Positions 36,258 to 44,481 of a stretch of DNA of 64,000 nucleotides are shown one piece after another. The notes below the pieces were generated by a model that searched no databases, had not been told where the DNA came from, and worked only from the letters and a program-made list of their open reading frames with translations. This DNA is from Burkholderiales bacterium (GTDB lineage: Bacteria > Pseudomonadota > Gammaproteobacteria > Burkholderiales > SG8-39), in NCBI GenBank assembly GCA_035459025.1, contig DATHYT010000085.1, forward strand, positions 64,133 to 128,132. Direction: 5' to 3'. Position 1 is the first letter of the stretch, and every line of letters starts with the position of its first letter. Both the position numbers and the translations under genes were made by a program.

Positions 36258-37705
36258 CCGGCGCGCAGCTGATCGCCGCGTGCCTCGTCGTGCCCGCCGC
36301 GGGCGCGGCGGGCATTGCGCTCGCCGGACGCTGGCCGAACGCGCGCGAGACGGTGACGCTCGGCACCGCGGCGCTGCTGTTCGCGTGCGTGCTCGGCCTG
36401 CTGCCTACCGTGCTGGCGGGCGGCATTCCGCAGCTGTTCGTGCTCGAGATGCTCCCCGGCATCGCGCTCGGCTTTCGCGTCGAGCCGCTCGGGATGCTCT
36501 TCGCGCTGGTGGCCTCCGGGCTGTGGATCGTGAACTCGGTCTACTCCATCGGCTACATGCGCGGCAACGAGGAGCCGCACCAGACGCGCTTTTACGTCTG
36601 CTTCGCGCTGGCGCTCGCCGCCACCATGGGCATCGCCCTGTCGGCAAACCTGCTGACGCTGTTCGTGTTCTACGAGATGCTGACGCTGGTCACCTGGCCG
36701 CTGGTGACGCACCACGGCGACGACGAGGCGAGAAAGGGCGGGCGCGTGTACCTCGGCGTGCTGCTCGGCACGTCGATCGTGCTGCTGCTGCCGGCCGTGA
36801 TCGCCACCTGGGCGATTGCCGGAACGCTGGAGTTCACCCCGGGCGGCATTCTCGGCGACAAGGTGTCGGGCGCCGCGCTCGGGGGGCTGCTGGCGCTGTA
36901 CATGTTCGGCATTGGCAAGGCGGCGCTGATGCCGATGCACCGCTGGCTGCCGGCGGCGATGGTGGCGCCGACGCCGGTGTCGGCGCTGCTGCACGCGGTG
37001 GCGGTGGTGAAGGCGGGCGTGTTCGCGGTGGTGAAAGTCGTCGTCTACGTCTTCGGCACCGGGGCGCTCGCCGCCACCACGGCTTCCGACTGGCTGCCGA
37101 CGGTCGCCGGCTTCACCGTCATCGCCGCCTCCGTGGTCGCGCTTCGCGCCGACAATCTGAAGCGCCGCCTCGCCTACTCGACGGTGAGCCAGCTGTCCTA
37201 CGTGGTGCTGGCGGCGGCGATCCTCGCGCCCCTTTCGGTGATCGGAGCGACCCTGCATATCGCCGCGCACGCCGTCGGCAAGATCACCCTGTTCTTCGCT
37301 GCCGGCGCGATCTACACCGCTGCCCACAAGACCGAAGTCAGCCAGCTCGACGGCATCGGCCGGCGCATGCCCTGGACCATGGGCGCATTTGCCGTCGGGG
37401 TGCTGTCGATGATCGGGCTGCCGCCGGCCGCCGGCTTCGTCAGCAAGTGGTACATGCTGGCGGGCGCACTCCAGGCCGAGCACTGGGTGGCGGTCGGCGT
37501 GATCGCCGCGAGCACGCTGCTCAACGCCGCCTACTTCGTGCCGATCGTGTACCGCGCGTTCTTTCGCGCGCCGCACGGCGAGCGCCACGGCGAGGCGCCG
37601 CTGCCGATGGTGCTCGCGCTCGTCGCCACCGCGCTCGCCACGCTGGCGTTGTTCTTCTTCCCGCAAGTGCCGCTCGCGCTGGCGCGCGCGCTGCCCGGAG
37701 GCTGA
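36254..37705 (+). CDS. Antiporter-like subunit, MrpA/NuoL-core type (paralogue 2)
   Basis: The GTG at 36254 overlaps the previous stop. 483 aa. The motif HRWLPAAMVAPTPVSALLHAVAVVKAG is NuoL/MrpA-like. Confidence 0.85.
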   Translation: MTGAQLIAACLVVPAAGAAGIALAGRWPNARETVTLGTAALLFACVLGLLPTVLAGGIPQLFVLEMLPGIALGFRVEPLGMLFALVASGLWIVNSVYSIGYMRGNEEPHQTRFYVCFALALAATMGIALSANLLTLFVFYEMLTLVTWPLVTHHGDDEARKGGRVYLGVLLGTSIVLLLPAVIATWAIAGTLEFTPGGILGDKVSGAALGGLLALYMFGIGKAALMPMHRWLPAAMVAPTPVSALLHAVAVVKAGVFAVVKVVVYVFGTGALAATTASDWLPTVAGFTVIAASVVALRADNLKRRLAYSTVSQLSYVVLAAAILAPLSVIGATLHIAAHAVGKITLFFAAGAIYTAAHKTEVSQLDGIGRRMPWTMGAFAVGVLSMIGLPPAAGFVSKWYMLAGALQAEHWVAVGVIAASTLLNAAYFVPIVYRAFFRAPHGERHGEAPLPMVLALVATALATLALFFFPQVPLALARALPGG

Positions 37706-37706
37706 G

Positions 37707-37964
37707 ATGAGCGATCACTGGCTGGTACGTCCCTCCACGATCCGGCTGCTGTGGCGGGTGTTCATCGCCGTGCTCGCCCTTACCGTGATCGCGGAGTTCC
37801 TCGTCGTGCACCACCCGCACTTTGCCGTCGAGTCGGTGCCCGCGTTCGGCGCCTGGTACGGCTTTGTCGCCTGTGCCGGCATGATTCTGTTCGCCAAGGG
37901 GCTGGCGCTGTTCCTCAAGCGGCCCGACACCTACTACGAGGGCGAGGAGGGCCGCGATGCCTAG
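37707..37964 (+). CDS. Small 2-TM membrane protein of unknown function embedded in the Mrp-like operon
   Basis: The ATG lies 1 nt after the previous stop. The ORF overlaps the next gene by 8 nt. 85 aa with two hydrophobic helices. Confidence 0.6.
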   Translation: MSDHWLVRPSTIRLLWRVFIAVLALTVIAEFLVVHHPHFAVESVPAFGAWYGFVACAGMILFAKGLALFLKRPDTYYEGEEGRDA

Positions 37965-39642
37965 CGCCTGGCTGCATCCGGGCCTGCTGGTGATCGTCGC
38001 GGGCCTCGCGCTCGCGCTGCTGCGCGGCCGGGCGCGCGAGGCGGTGGCGCTCGTCGCCCCGCTCGCCGCGTTGTGGCTCGTGCTTGCCGCGCCCACGGGC
38101 ATCGCCTGGAGCGGCACCTGGCTCGGCCTGGAGGTGCGGCCGCTCGCCTACGATGCGCTGTCGCGGCTGTTCGCCGCGATCTTCGCGATCATGGCGTTCG
38201 CCGGCGGCCTGTATGCCCTCAACCAGAAGAGCCGGCTCGAGCTGCCCGCGGCCTACGTCTACGCCGGATCGGCGCTTGGCGCGGTGCTCGCCGGCGACCT
38301 GGTCACGCTGTTCGTGTTCTGGGAACTGATGGCGGTCGGCTCGACGCTCGTCATCTGGAGCGCGGGGACCGGACCGTCGTACCGCGCGAGCATGCGCTAC
38401 CTTTCGATTCACCTGCTGGGCGGCGTGCTGCTGTTCGCCGGCATCGCGGGCCACGTTGCCGCGACCGGATCCACGGAATTCACGCGCCTGGCGCTCGACG
38501 CGCCCGCCCACTGGCTGATCCTCGCCGGGTTCCTGATCAACGCCGGTGCGCCGCCGCTTTCGGCGTGGCTGCCCGACGCCTACCCGGAAGCGAGCTGGAG
38601 CGGCATGGTGTTCCTGTCGGCGTTCACCACCAAGACCGCGGTGTACGTGCTGCTGCGCGGCTTCCCGGGCACCGAGCTCCTCGTGTGGGTGGGCCTGTTC
38701 ATGGTGTTCTACGGCATCGTCTACGCGCTGCTCGAGAACGACATGCGGCGCATCCTCGCCTACAGCATCGTCAACCAGGTCGGCTTCATGGTGACCGGCA
38801 TCGGCATCGGCACGGAGATGGCGCTGAACGGCGCCGCGGCGCACGCCTTCACGCACATCATCTACAAGGCCCTGCTGCTCATGTCCGCGGGGTCGGTGCT
38901 CTACGCTACGCAAAAGCGCAAGTGCACCGACCTCGGGGGCCTGTTCCGCACCATGCCGCTCACGACGGTGTGCGGCACCATCGGCGCGCTCGCGATCTCG
39001 TCGTTCCCGCTCACCTCGGGCTTCGTGTCGAAGTCGATGATCTCGCAGGCCGCGGGCGATGAGCACCTGCTGTGGGTGTGGCTCGCGCTCGCCGCGGCGA
39101 CCGCGGGTGTCTTCCTGCACGCAGGGATCAAGTTCCCGTGGTTCGTGTTCTTCCAGAAGGATTCGGGCCTGCGCCCGCCCGAGCCGCCGCTCAACATGCG
39201 CCTCGCGATGCTGCTGTTTGCGGCGCTGTGCATCGGCCTCGGGGTCTTCTACCAGCCGCTGTATGCCCTGCTGCCCTTCAGCACGGGCTACGTGCCCTAC
39301 ACCGGGTCCCACGTCGTCGTGCAGCTCGAGTTGCTGCTGTTCTCGGGGCTCGCGTTCTTTGTCATGCTGCCCATGCTGCGGCGCACACTCACCATCACGC
39401 TGGACGTCGACTGGTTCTACCGCCGGCTTGCGCCGGCGCTCGCCGCCGCCCTCCTGGCTGCTCTGCGCGCGGTCGGGGCGGTGCTCGGGGCGGCGCGGGA
39501 CGGCGGCATGCGACGAATCAAGACCGGCGCGCATGCGTTGCACGGGCCACAGGCGCTGTTCGCGCGCACCTGGACGACGGGCGGAATGGCGCTGTGGGCC
39601 GCGCTCTTGCTGGCCGGGTATCTCCTGGTCGTCTACCTCTGA
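37957..39642 (+). CDS. Antiporter-like subunit, MrpD-type with C-terminal extension (paralogue 3)
   Basis: 561 aa. The core contains AWLPDAYPEASWSGMVFLSAFTTKTAVYVLLR. The extra ~85-aa tail ends in a TM helix. Confidence 0.85.
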   Translation: MPSAWLHPGLLVIVAGLALALLRGRAREAVALVAPLAALWLVLAAPTGIAWSGTWLGLEVRPLAYDALSRLFAAIFAIMAFAGGLYALNQKSRLELPAAYVYAGSALGAVLAGDLVTLFVFWELMAVGSTLVIWSAGTGPSYRASMRYLSIHLLGGVLLFAGIAGHVAATGSTEFTRLALDAPAHWLILAGFLINAGAPPLSAWLPDAYPEASWSGMVFLSAFTTKTAVYVLLRGFPGTELLVWVGLFMVFYGIVYALLENDMRRILAYSIVNQVGFMVTGIGIGTEMALNGAAAHAFTHIIYKALLLMSAGSVLYATQKRKCTDLGGLFRTMPLTTVCGTIGALAISSFPLTSGFVSKSMISQAAGDEHLLWVWLALAAATAGVFLHAGIKFPWFVFFQKDSGLRPPEPPLNMRLAMLLFAALCIGLGVFYQPLYALLPFSTGYVPYTGSHVVVQLELLLFSGLAFFVMLPMLRRTLTITLDVDWFYRRLAPALAAALLAALRAVGAVLGAARDGGMRRIKTGAHALHGPQALFARTWTTGGMALWAALLLAGYLLVVYL

Positions 39643-39682
39643 GCGCGCGAGCCGCATCCGCGTTTCACATCGTGAAGTCGCC

Positions 39683-39712
39683 TTGCGGCGGCTGAAGGGG
39701 GGGCGCTAGAAT
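39683..39712 (+). promoter_or_regulatory. Candidate promoter of the TRAP operon (TTGCGG-18-TAGAAT)
   Basis: TAGAAT at 39707-39712 with a weak -35 at 39683-39688. The ~60-nt leader contains SD AGAGGAGA. Confidence 0.35.
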
Positions 39713-39778
39713 GGCCGAGTACTACACACACGGGGCCCAAGCCCCGCGCAGCACCCACACCGAAAGAGGAGACCCAGC

Positions 39779-40912
39779 ATGAACAAGGAACAACATAAGC
39801 CCGAAACTGCGCGCCGCAAGTTCCTGACCGGCGCGGCGGCGGCGACGGCGGGCGCGGCGACGCTCGGCTTCCCGATGATCGCCAAGTCGCAATCGCCGAT
39901 CGTCATCAAGATGCAGGGATCGTGGAGCGCCACGGACATCTTCAACGAGATGGCGCAGGAGTTCGTGACGCGCGTCAACTCGATGTCGGGCGGCCGGCTG
40001 CGCGTCGACTACCTGGTCGGCGGCGCGGTCGTGAAGCCCTTCGAGGTGATGGACGCGGTGTCCAAGGGCGTGCTGGACGCCGGCCACACGGTGCCGGTGT
40101 ACTGGTACGGGAAGTCCAAGGTGGCGTCGCTGTTCGGCTCCGGGCCGATCAACGGCTCCGACGCGTTCCAGACGCTCGCCTGGATCTACCGCGGCGGCGG
40201 CCTCGAGCTGTACAAGGAACTGCTCGACAAGCTCGGCCTCAACGTCGTCGGCTTCTTCGCCATGCCGATGCCCACCCAGCCCCTGGGCTGGTTCAAGAAG
40301 CCCATCACGGACGCCAAGCAGCTCAAGGGCCTGAAATACCGCACTGTGGGCCTGGCGGCGGACCTGTTCCAGGAGATGGGCGCCAAGGTGACCCAGCTGC
40401 CGGGCGGCGAAATCATTCCCGCCCTCGAGCGCGGCGTGATCGACGCCTTCGAGTTCAACAACCCGACCTCGGACAGCCGCTTCGGCGCCCAGGACGTGAT
40501 CAAGAACTACGAGATGGGCAGCTTCCACCAGGCGATGGAGTTCTTCGAGATCATCATCAACAAGAAGAAGTGGGACTCGATGGGCAAGGACCTGCAGGCC
40601 ATCTGGCAGTACGGCGTCGAGGCCGCGTCCCAAGCCAACTACTGGACCGGCATGGACAACTACTCCAGGGACCTTCAGGTTCTCATCGACAAGCACAAGG
40701 TCAAAGTGATCCGCACGCCGAAGTCGGTGTTCCAGGCGCAGCTCAACGCCTGGGACGTGCTGACGAAGCGGCTCTCGGCCGAGGATCCGTTCTTCGCCAA
40801 GGTGGTCGAGTCGCAGCTCGCCTGGGCCAAGCGCGTGGGGTACTACTGGTTCCTCAACGACGCCGAGTTCAAGATGGGCTACGAGCACGTGTTCAAGACC
40901 AAGCTGGCGTAG
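39779..40912 (+). CDS. TRAP transporter substrate-binding protein (DctP family) with twin-arginine signal
   Basis: The signal is RRKFLTGAAAATAGAATLGFPMIAKS. 377 aa of DctP-like sequence. Confidence 0.9.
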   Translation: MNKEQHKPETARRKFLTGAAAATAGAATLGFPMIAKSQSPIVIKMQGSWSATDIFNEMAQEFVTRVNSMSGGRLRVDYLVGGAVVKPFEVMDAVSKGVLDAGHTVPVYWYGKSKVASLFGSGPINGSDAFQTLAWIYRGGGLELYKELLDKLGLNVVGFFAMPMPTQPLGWFKKPITDAKQLKGLKYRTVGLAADLFQEMGAKVTQLPGGEIIPALERGVIDAFEFNNPTSDSRFGAQDVIKNYEMGSFHQAMEFFEIIINKKKWDSMGKDLQAIWQYGVEAASQANYWTGMDNYSRDLQVLIDKHKVKVIRTPKSVFQAQLNAWDVLTKRLSAEDPFFAKVVESQLAWAKRVGYYWFLNDAEFKMGYEHVFKTKLA

Positions 40913-40941
40913 CCTTAGAGGCGCACAGGCAGGATCCAGCC

Positions 40942-40973
40942 GGGGCGACGCTTCGCGCGTCGCCCCGTTTTCT
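40942..40973 (+). terminator. Intra-operon hairpin terminator/attenuator after the SBP gene
   Basis: Hairpin GGGGCGACGC-TTCG-GCGTCGCCCC at 40942-40965, followed by GTTTTCTT. Confidence 0.65.
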
Positions 40974-41007
40974 TCGGGGCGCGTAGTCGCGCGCGGGGGC
41001 TCGCAAA

Positions 41008-41604
41008 ATGATCAGCCGCTTCATCTACGGCATCGACCAGCTGAGCAAGACAGTCGGCCATGCTTTTGCGTGGTGCATCATCATCCTCACGTTTGGCACC
41101 TCCTACGAGGTGTTCGTGCGCTACGCGCTGAACAACCCGACGAGCTGGGCGTTCGATTTCAGCTACATCATGTACGGCGCCCTGTTCTTCATGGCGGGCG
41201 CGTACGCGCTGTCGCGCAACGGCCACGTGCGCGGCGACTTCATCTACCGCATGTGGCGCCCGCGTATGCAGGCCGGAGTCGAGCTGACGCTGTACGTGCT
41301 GTTCTATTTTCCGGGCGTGCTGGCGCTGGTGTACGCCGGGTGGCTGTATGGGTTCGATTCCTTCAAGATCCGCGAGGTGAGCGTCAACAGCCCGGCCGGC
41401 ATCCCGGTGTGGCAGCTGAAGATCCTGATTCCGTTCGGCGCCGCGCTGCTCGCGCTGCAGGGCGTCGCCGAGACGCTGCGCTGCATCCTGTGCCTGCGCG
41501 ACGGCCAGTGGCCGCCGCGCCTGCACGACGTCGAGGAGCTCGAGGACGTGCTCGCGCAGCAGCACGCCGCCGAGGCGGCCGCAGCCAAGGAGGGCGCCAA
41601 GTGA
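41008..41604 (+). CDS. TRAP transporter small permease (DctQ family) with a charged C-terminal tail
   Basis: 198 aa with 4 TM helices, ending in the tail DGQWPPRLHDVEELEDVLAQQHAAEAAAAKEGAK. Confidence 0.88.
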   Translation: MISRFIYGIDQLSKTVGHAFAWCIIILTFGTSYEVFVRYALNNPTSWAFDFSYIMYGALFFMAGAYALSRNGHVRGDFIYRMWRPRMQAGVELTLYVLFYFPGVLALVYAGWLYGFDSFKIREVSVNSPAGIPVWQLKILIPFGAALLALQGVAETLRCILCLRDGQWPPRLHDVEELEDVLAQQHAAEAAAAKEGAK

Positions 41605-42947
41605 GCGATCCGGTCATCGCCCTGGTGATGCTGGGGCTGTTCATTTTCGTCATCCTGCTCGGCTTTCCGATCGCCTTCACGCTGATGGGCATGGCGGTGG
41701 GCTTCGGCTTCTACGCCTACTACCGCCCGGACCAGGAGTTCTTCGACAGCCGCGTCTTCTACCTGCTGACGCAGAACACCTGGAGCATCATGAGCAACGA
41801 CGTGCTCGTTGCGGTGCCCCTGTTCCTGTTCATGGGCTACGTGGTCGAACGCTCGAACATCCTCGACAAGCTGTTCTACAGCCTGCAGGTCGCGCTGCGC
41901 CACATCCCGGGCTCGATGGCGGTGGCGGCGCTCGCCACCTGCGCCATGTTCGCCACCGCCACCGGCATCGTCGGTGCGGTGGTGACGCTGATGGGGCTGC
42001 TCGCGTTCCCGGTGATGCTGCGCGCCGGCTACGACCAGCGGCTCTCCGCGGGGGTGATCTGCGCCGGCGGCACGCTCGGCATCCTCATCCCGCCCTCGAT
42101 CATGCTGATCGTGTACTCGGCCACTGCCTCGGTCTCCGTGGTGCGCCTGTATGCCGCGGCGCTGCTGCCGGGGTTCCTCCTCGCCGGGCTGTACGTCGGC
42201 TACGTGATCACGCGCGCGGTGGTCAATCCGAAGCTCTGCCCGCCGCTGCCGAAGGAGGAAAGCGAGGTGCCCTGGGCCAAGGCGGGCCTGCTGCTCCTGC
42301 AGGCGTTCGTGCCGCTCGCCGTGCTGATCTTCTCGGTGCTCGGCTCGATCCTGTTCGGCCTGGCGACGCCGACCGAGGCGGCGGCCGTCGGCGCCGCGGG
42401 CAGCCTGGTGCTCGCGGCGTCGTATCGCGCGCTCACCTGGCAGCGCCTGCAGGAAGCCGTGTATCTCACGGCGCGCACCTCAGCGATGGTGTGTTTCCTG
42501 TTCGTCGGCTCGTGGACCTTCTCCTCGGTGTTCTCGTACCTCGGCGGCGAGGGGCTGATCAAGGAGTTCGTGCTCGGCCTGAACCTCAACACCGTGCTGT
42601 TCCTGATCATGTCGCAGTGCATCATCTTTCTGCTCGGCTGGCCGCTGGAATGGAGCGAGATCATCATCATCTTCGTGCCGATCTTCCTGCCGCTGCTGCC
42701 GCACTTCAGCGTCGACCCGATGATGTTCGGCATCCTCGTGGCCCTCAACCTGCAGACCTCGTTCCTGACGCCGCCGATGGCGATGTCGGCGTACTATCTG
42801 AAGGGCATTGCGCCGCCATTCGTGGAGCTGTGGACGATCTTCAAGGGCTGCTTTCCGTTCCTCGCCCTGGTATTCGTCACCATGATCGTCGTGTACGTGT
42901 TCCCGCCGATCATGTTCTGGCTGCCCGACTTGATCTACGGCCGCTGA
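41601..42947 (+). CDS. TRAP transporter large permease (DctM family)
   Basis: The GTG at 41601 overlaps the dctQ stop (GTGA). 448 aa, multi-TM. Confidence 0.92.
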   Translation: MSDPVIALVMLGLFIFVILLGFPIAFTLMGMAVGFGFYAYYRPDQEFFDSRVFYLLTQNTWSIMSNDVLVAVPLFLFMGYVVERSNILDKLFYSLQVALRHIPGSMAVAALATCAMFATATGIVGAVVTLMGLLAFPVMLRAGYDQRLSAGVICAGGTLGILIPPSIMLIVYSATASVSVVRLYAAALLPGFLLAGLYVGYVITRAVVNPKLCPPLPKEESEVPWAKAGLLLLQAFVPLAVLIFSVLGSILFGLATPTEAAAVGAAGSLVLAASYRALTWQRLQEAVYLTARTSAMVCFLFVGSWTFSSVFSYLGGEGLIKEFVLGLNLNTVLFLIMSQCIIFLLGWPLEWSEIIIIFVPIFLPLLPHFSVDPMMFGILVALNLQTSFLTPPMAMSAYYLKGIAPPFVELWTIFKGCFPFLALVFVTMIVVYVFPPIMFWLPDLIYGR

Positions 42948-42954
42948 CCGACGC

Positions 42955-44298
42955 ATGGACGCATCGCAGCTGAACTGGCTCTCGGCGACCGACGCCGCGC
43001 GCGCCGTGCGCGAGGGCGCGATCAGCGCCGAGCAGCTCACCGAGGCCTGCCTCGCGCGCGTGCGCGAGGCGGACCGCGACGTCGAGGCCTGGGCCTTTCT
43101 CGACCCCGAGCACGCCCTCGCGCAGGCGCGCGCGCGCGACCAGGACCGGCGCGAAGGCAAGCCGGTCGGCCCGCTGCACGGCGTGCCCGTCGGCATCAAG
43201 GACATCTTCGACACCGGCGACATGCCGACCGAAGACGGTAGCGTGCTGCATGCCGGCCGCACGCCGGCGTACGACGCGACCGCGGTGCAGCGGCTGCGCT
43301 CTGCCGGTGCGGTGATCCTGGGCAAGACGGTGACCACGGAGTTCGCGACGTACACGCCGGGCAAGACGCGCAATCCGCGCAATCCGGCGCACACGCCGGG
43401 CGGCTCATCGAGCGGCTCGGCCGCGGCGGTGGCCGCGGGCATGGTGCCGCTTGCGCTGGGCAGCCAGACCAATGGCTCGGTGATCCGCCCGGCGGCGTTC
43501 TGCGGCGTGTACGGCTTCAAGCCCACGCATGGGTTGGTCTCGCGCGCCGGGGTGATGCAGCTTTCGCGCACCCTCGATCACGTCGGCATGTTCGCGCGCA
43601 CGCTGGAAGACATCGCGCTCGCCGCCGAGCAGCTGGTCGGCCACGACCCGCGCGACCCGGATACGCGCCCGCGGGCGCGCGTGCCATTCGTCGACACGCT
43701 GGCGCAGGAGCCGCCGCTGCCGCCGATGCTGGCGTTCGTGAAAGGGCCGACCTGGGAGCGCGCCAGCGAGGAGTCGAAAGCCGCGTTCGCCGAGCTGGTC
43801 GCGGCGCTCGGCGATCGCATCGTGGAAGTGCCGATGCCGGATAGCGCGCACCGGGCGCTCGACTGGCACCGAGAGATCATGGAGGCCGAGATGGCCGCCA
43901 ACCTCGACCAGGAATGGGAACGGGGGCGCGAGCGCATCTCGCCGAACCTGCGCGCCCAGTTGGAGCGCGGGCGCGAGGCGAAGGCGCTCGACTACCAGCG
44001 CGCGCGCGCGCGCATTCCGCTGCTGAACGAAGGCTTCGACGAGATATTCGAGCGCTGCGACGCCATCGTCACGCCGGCGGCGCCGGGCACGGCGCCGGCG
44101 GGCCTGGAGGCGACGGGCGATCCGGCGTTCTGCAGCCTGTGGACGCTGTGCGGCATGCCGGCGCTCAGCCTGCCGCTGATGCGCGGCGCGAACGGACTGC
44201 CGATGGGGGTACAGTTGGTGGGACGGCGCGACAACGATGCGCGGCTGCTGCGCACGGCGCGCTGGCTCGTGGCGCAGGTCGAAGCGGGCGGCGGCTAA
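42955..44298 (+). CDS. Amidase-signature family amidase
   Basis: The AS motif GGSSSGSAAAVAAG is present, with the Ser-cisSer-Lys context (GIKDIF..., GSQTNGSVIRPAAFCG). Confidence 0.9.
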   Translation: MDASQLNWLSATDAARAVREGAISAEQLTEACLARVREADRDVEAWAFLDPEHALAQARARDQDRREGKPVGPLHGVPVGIKDIFDTGDMPTEDGSVLHAGRTPAYDATAVQRLRSAGAVILGKTVTTEFATYTPGKTRNPRNPAHTPGGSSSGSAAAVAAGMVPLALGSQTNGSVIRPAAFCGVYGFKPTHGLVSRAGVMQLSRTLDHVGMFARTLEDIALAAEQLVGHDPRDPDTRPRARVPFVDTLAQEPPLPPMLAFVKGPTWERASEESKAAFAELVAALGDRIVEVPMPDSAHRALDWHREIMEAEMAANLDQEWERGRERISPNLRAQLERGREAKALDYQRARARIPLLNEGFDEIFERCDAIVTPAAPGTAPAGLEATGDPAFCSLWTLCGMPALSLPLMRGANGLPMGVQLVGRRDNDARLLRTARWLVAQVEAGGG

Positions 44299-44313
44299 AC
44301 GGAGAATCGGGCA

Positions 44314-44481
44314 ATGATATTCAAGATAATCGCAGGCATCGTGGCGGCGGCCCTGCTCATCATTTTCGTCGGGCCGGTGGTCGTCAAGCTCAAGGACGCC
44401 GCGCTCACCGTGGTGGTGCTGATCGGGCTGACGATGATGCTGGTCGACCTCTGGCAGTCGCTGAAGTCTAAGGACGACTGA
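44314..44481 (+). CDS. Unannotated small membrane protein (55 aa, 2 TM)
   Basis: This ORF is below the track size cutoff. SD GGAGAA (44301-44306) lies 7 nt upstream of the ATG. The translation is MIFKIIAGIVAAALLIIFVGPVVVKLKDAALTVVVLIGLTMMLVDLWQSLKSKDD. Confidence 0.5.
   Translation: MIFKIIAGIVAAALLIIFVGPVVVKLKDAALTVVVLIGLTMMLVDLWQSLKSKDD

Noticed and set aside
41351-41361. GGTTCGATTCC, a tRNA T-arm/T-loop-like motif.
   Set aside because: It lies in frame inside the dctQ coding sequence (YGFDSF). No acceptor, D-arm or anticodon-arm complementarity exists around it. I found no tRNA in the window.
12997-44481. A 31.5-kb run of about 30 co-directional genes, considered as one giant operon or an island.
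   Set aside because: It contains several obvious independent units (glc, pnt, mrp-like, TRAP) with their own SDs, promoter-like boxes and an internal hairpin. Co-orientation is more simply explained by leading-strand gene bias.
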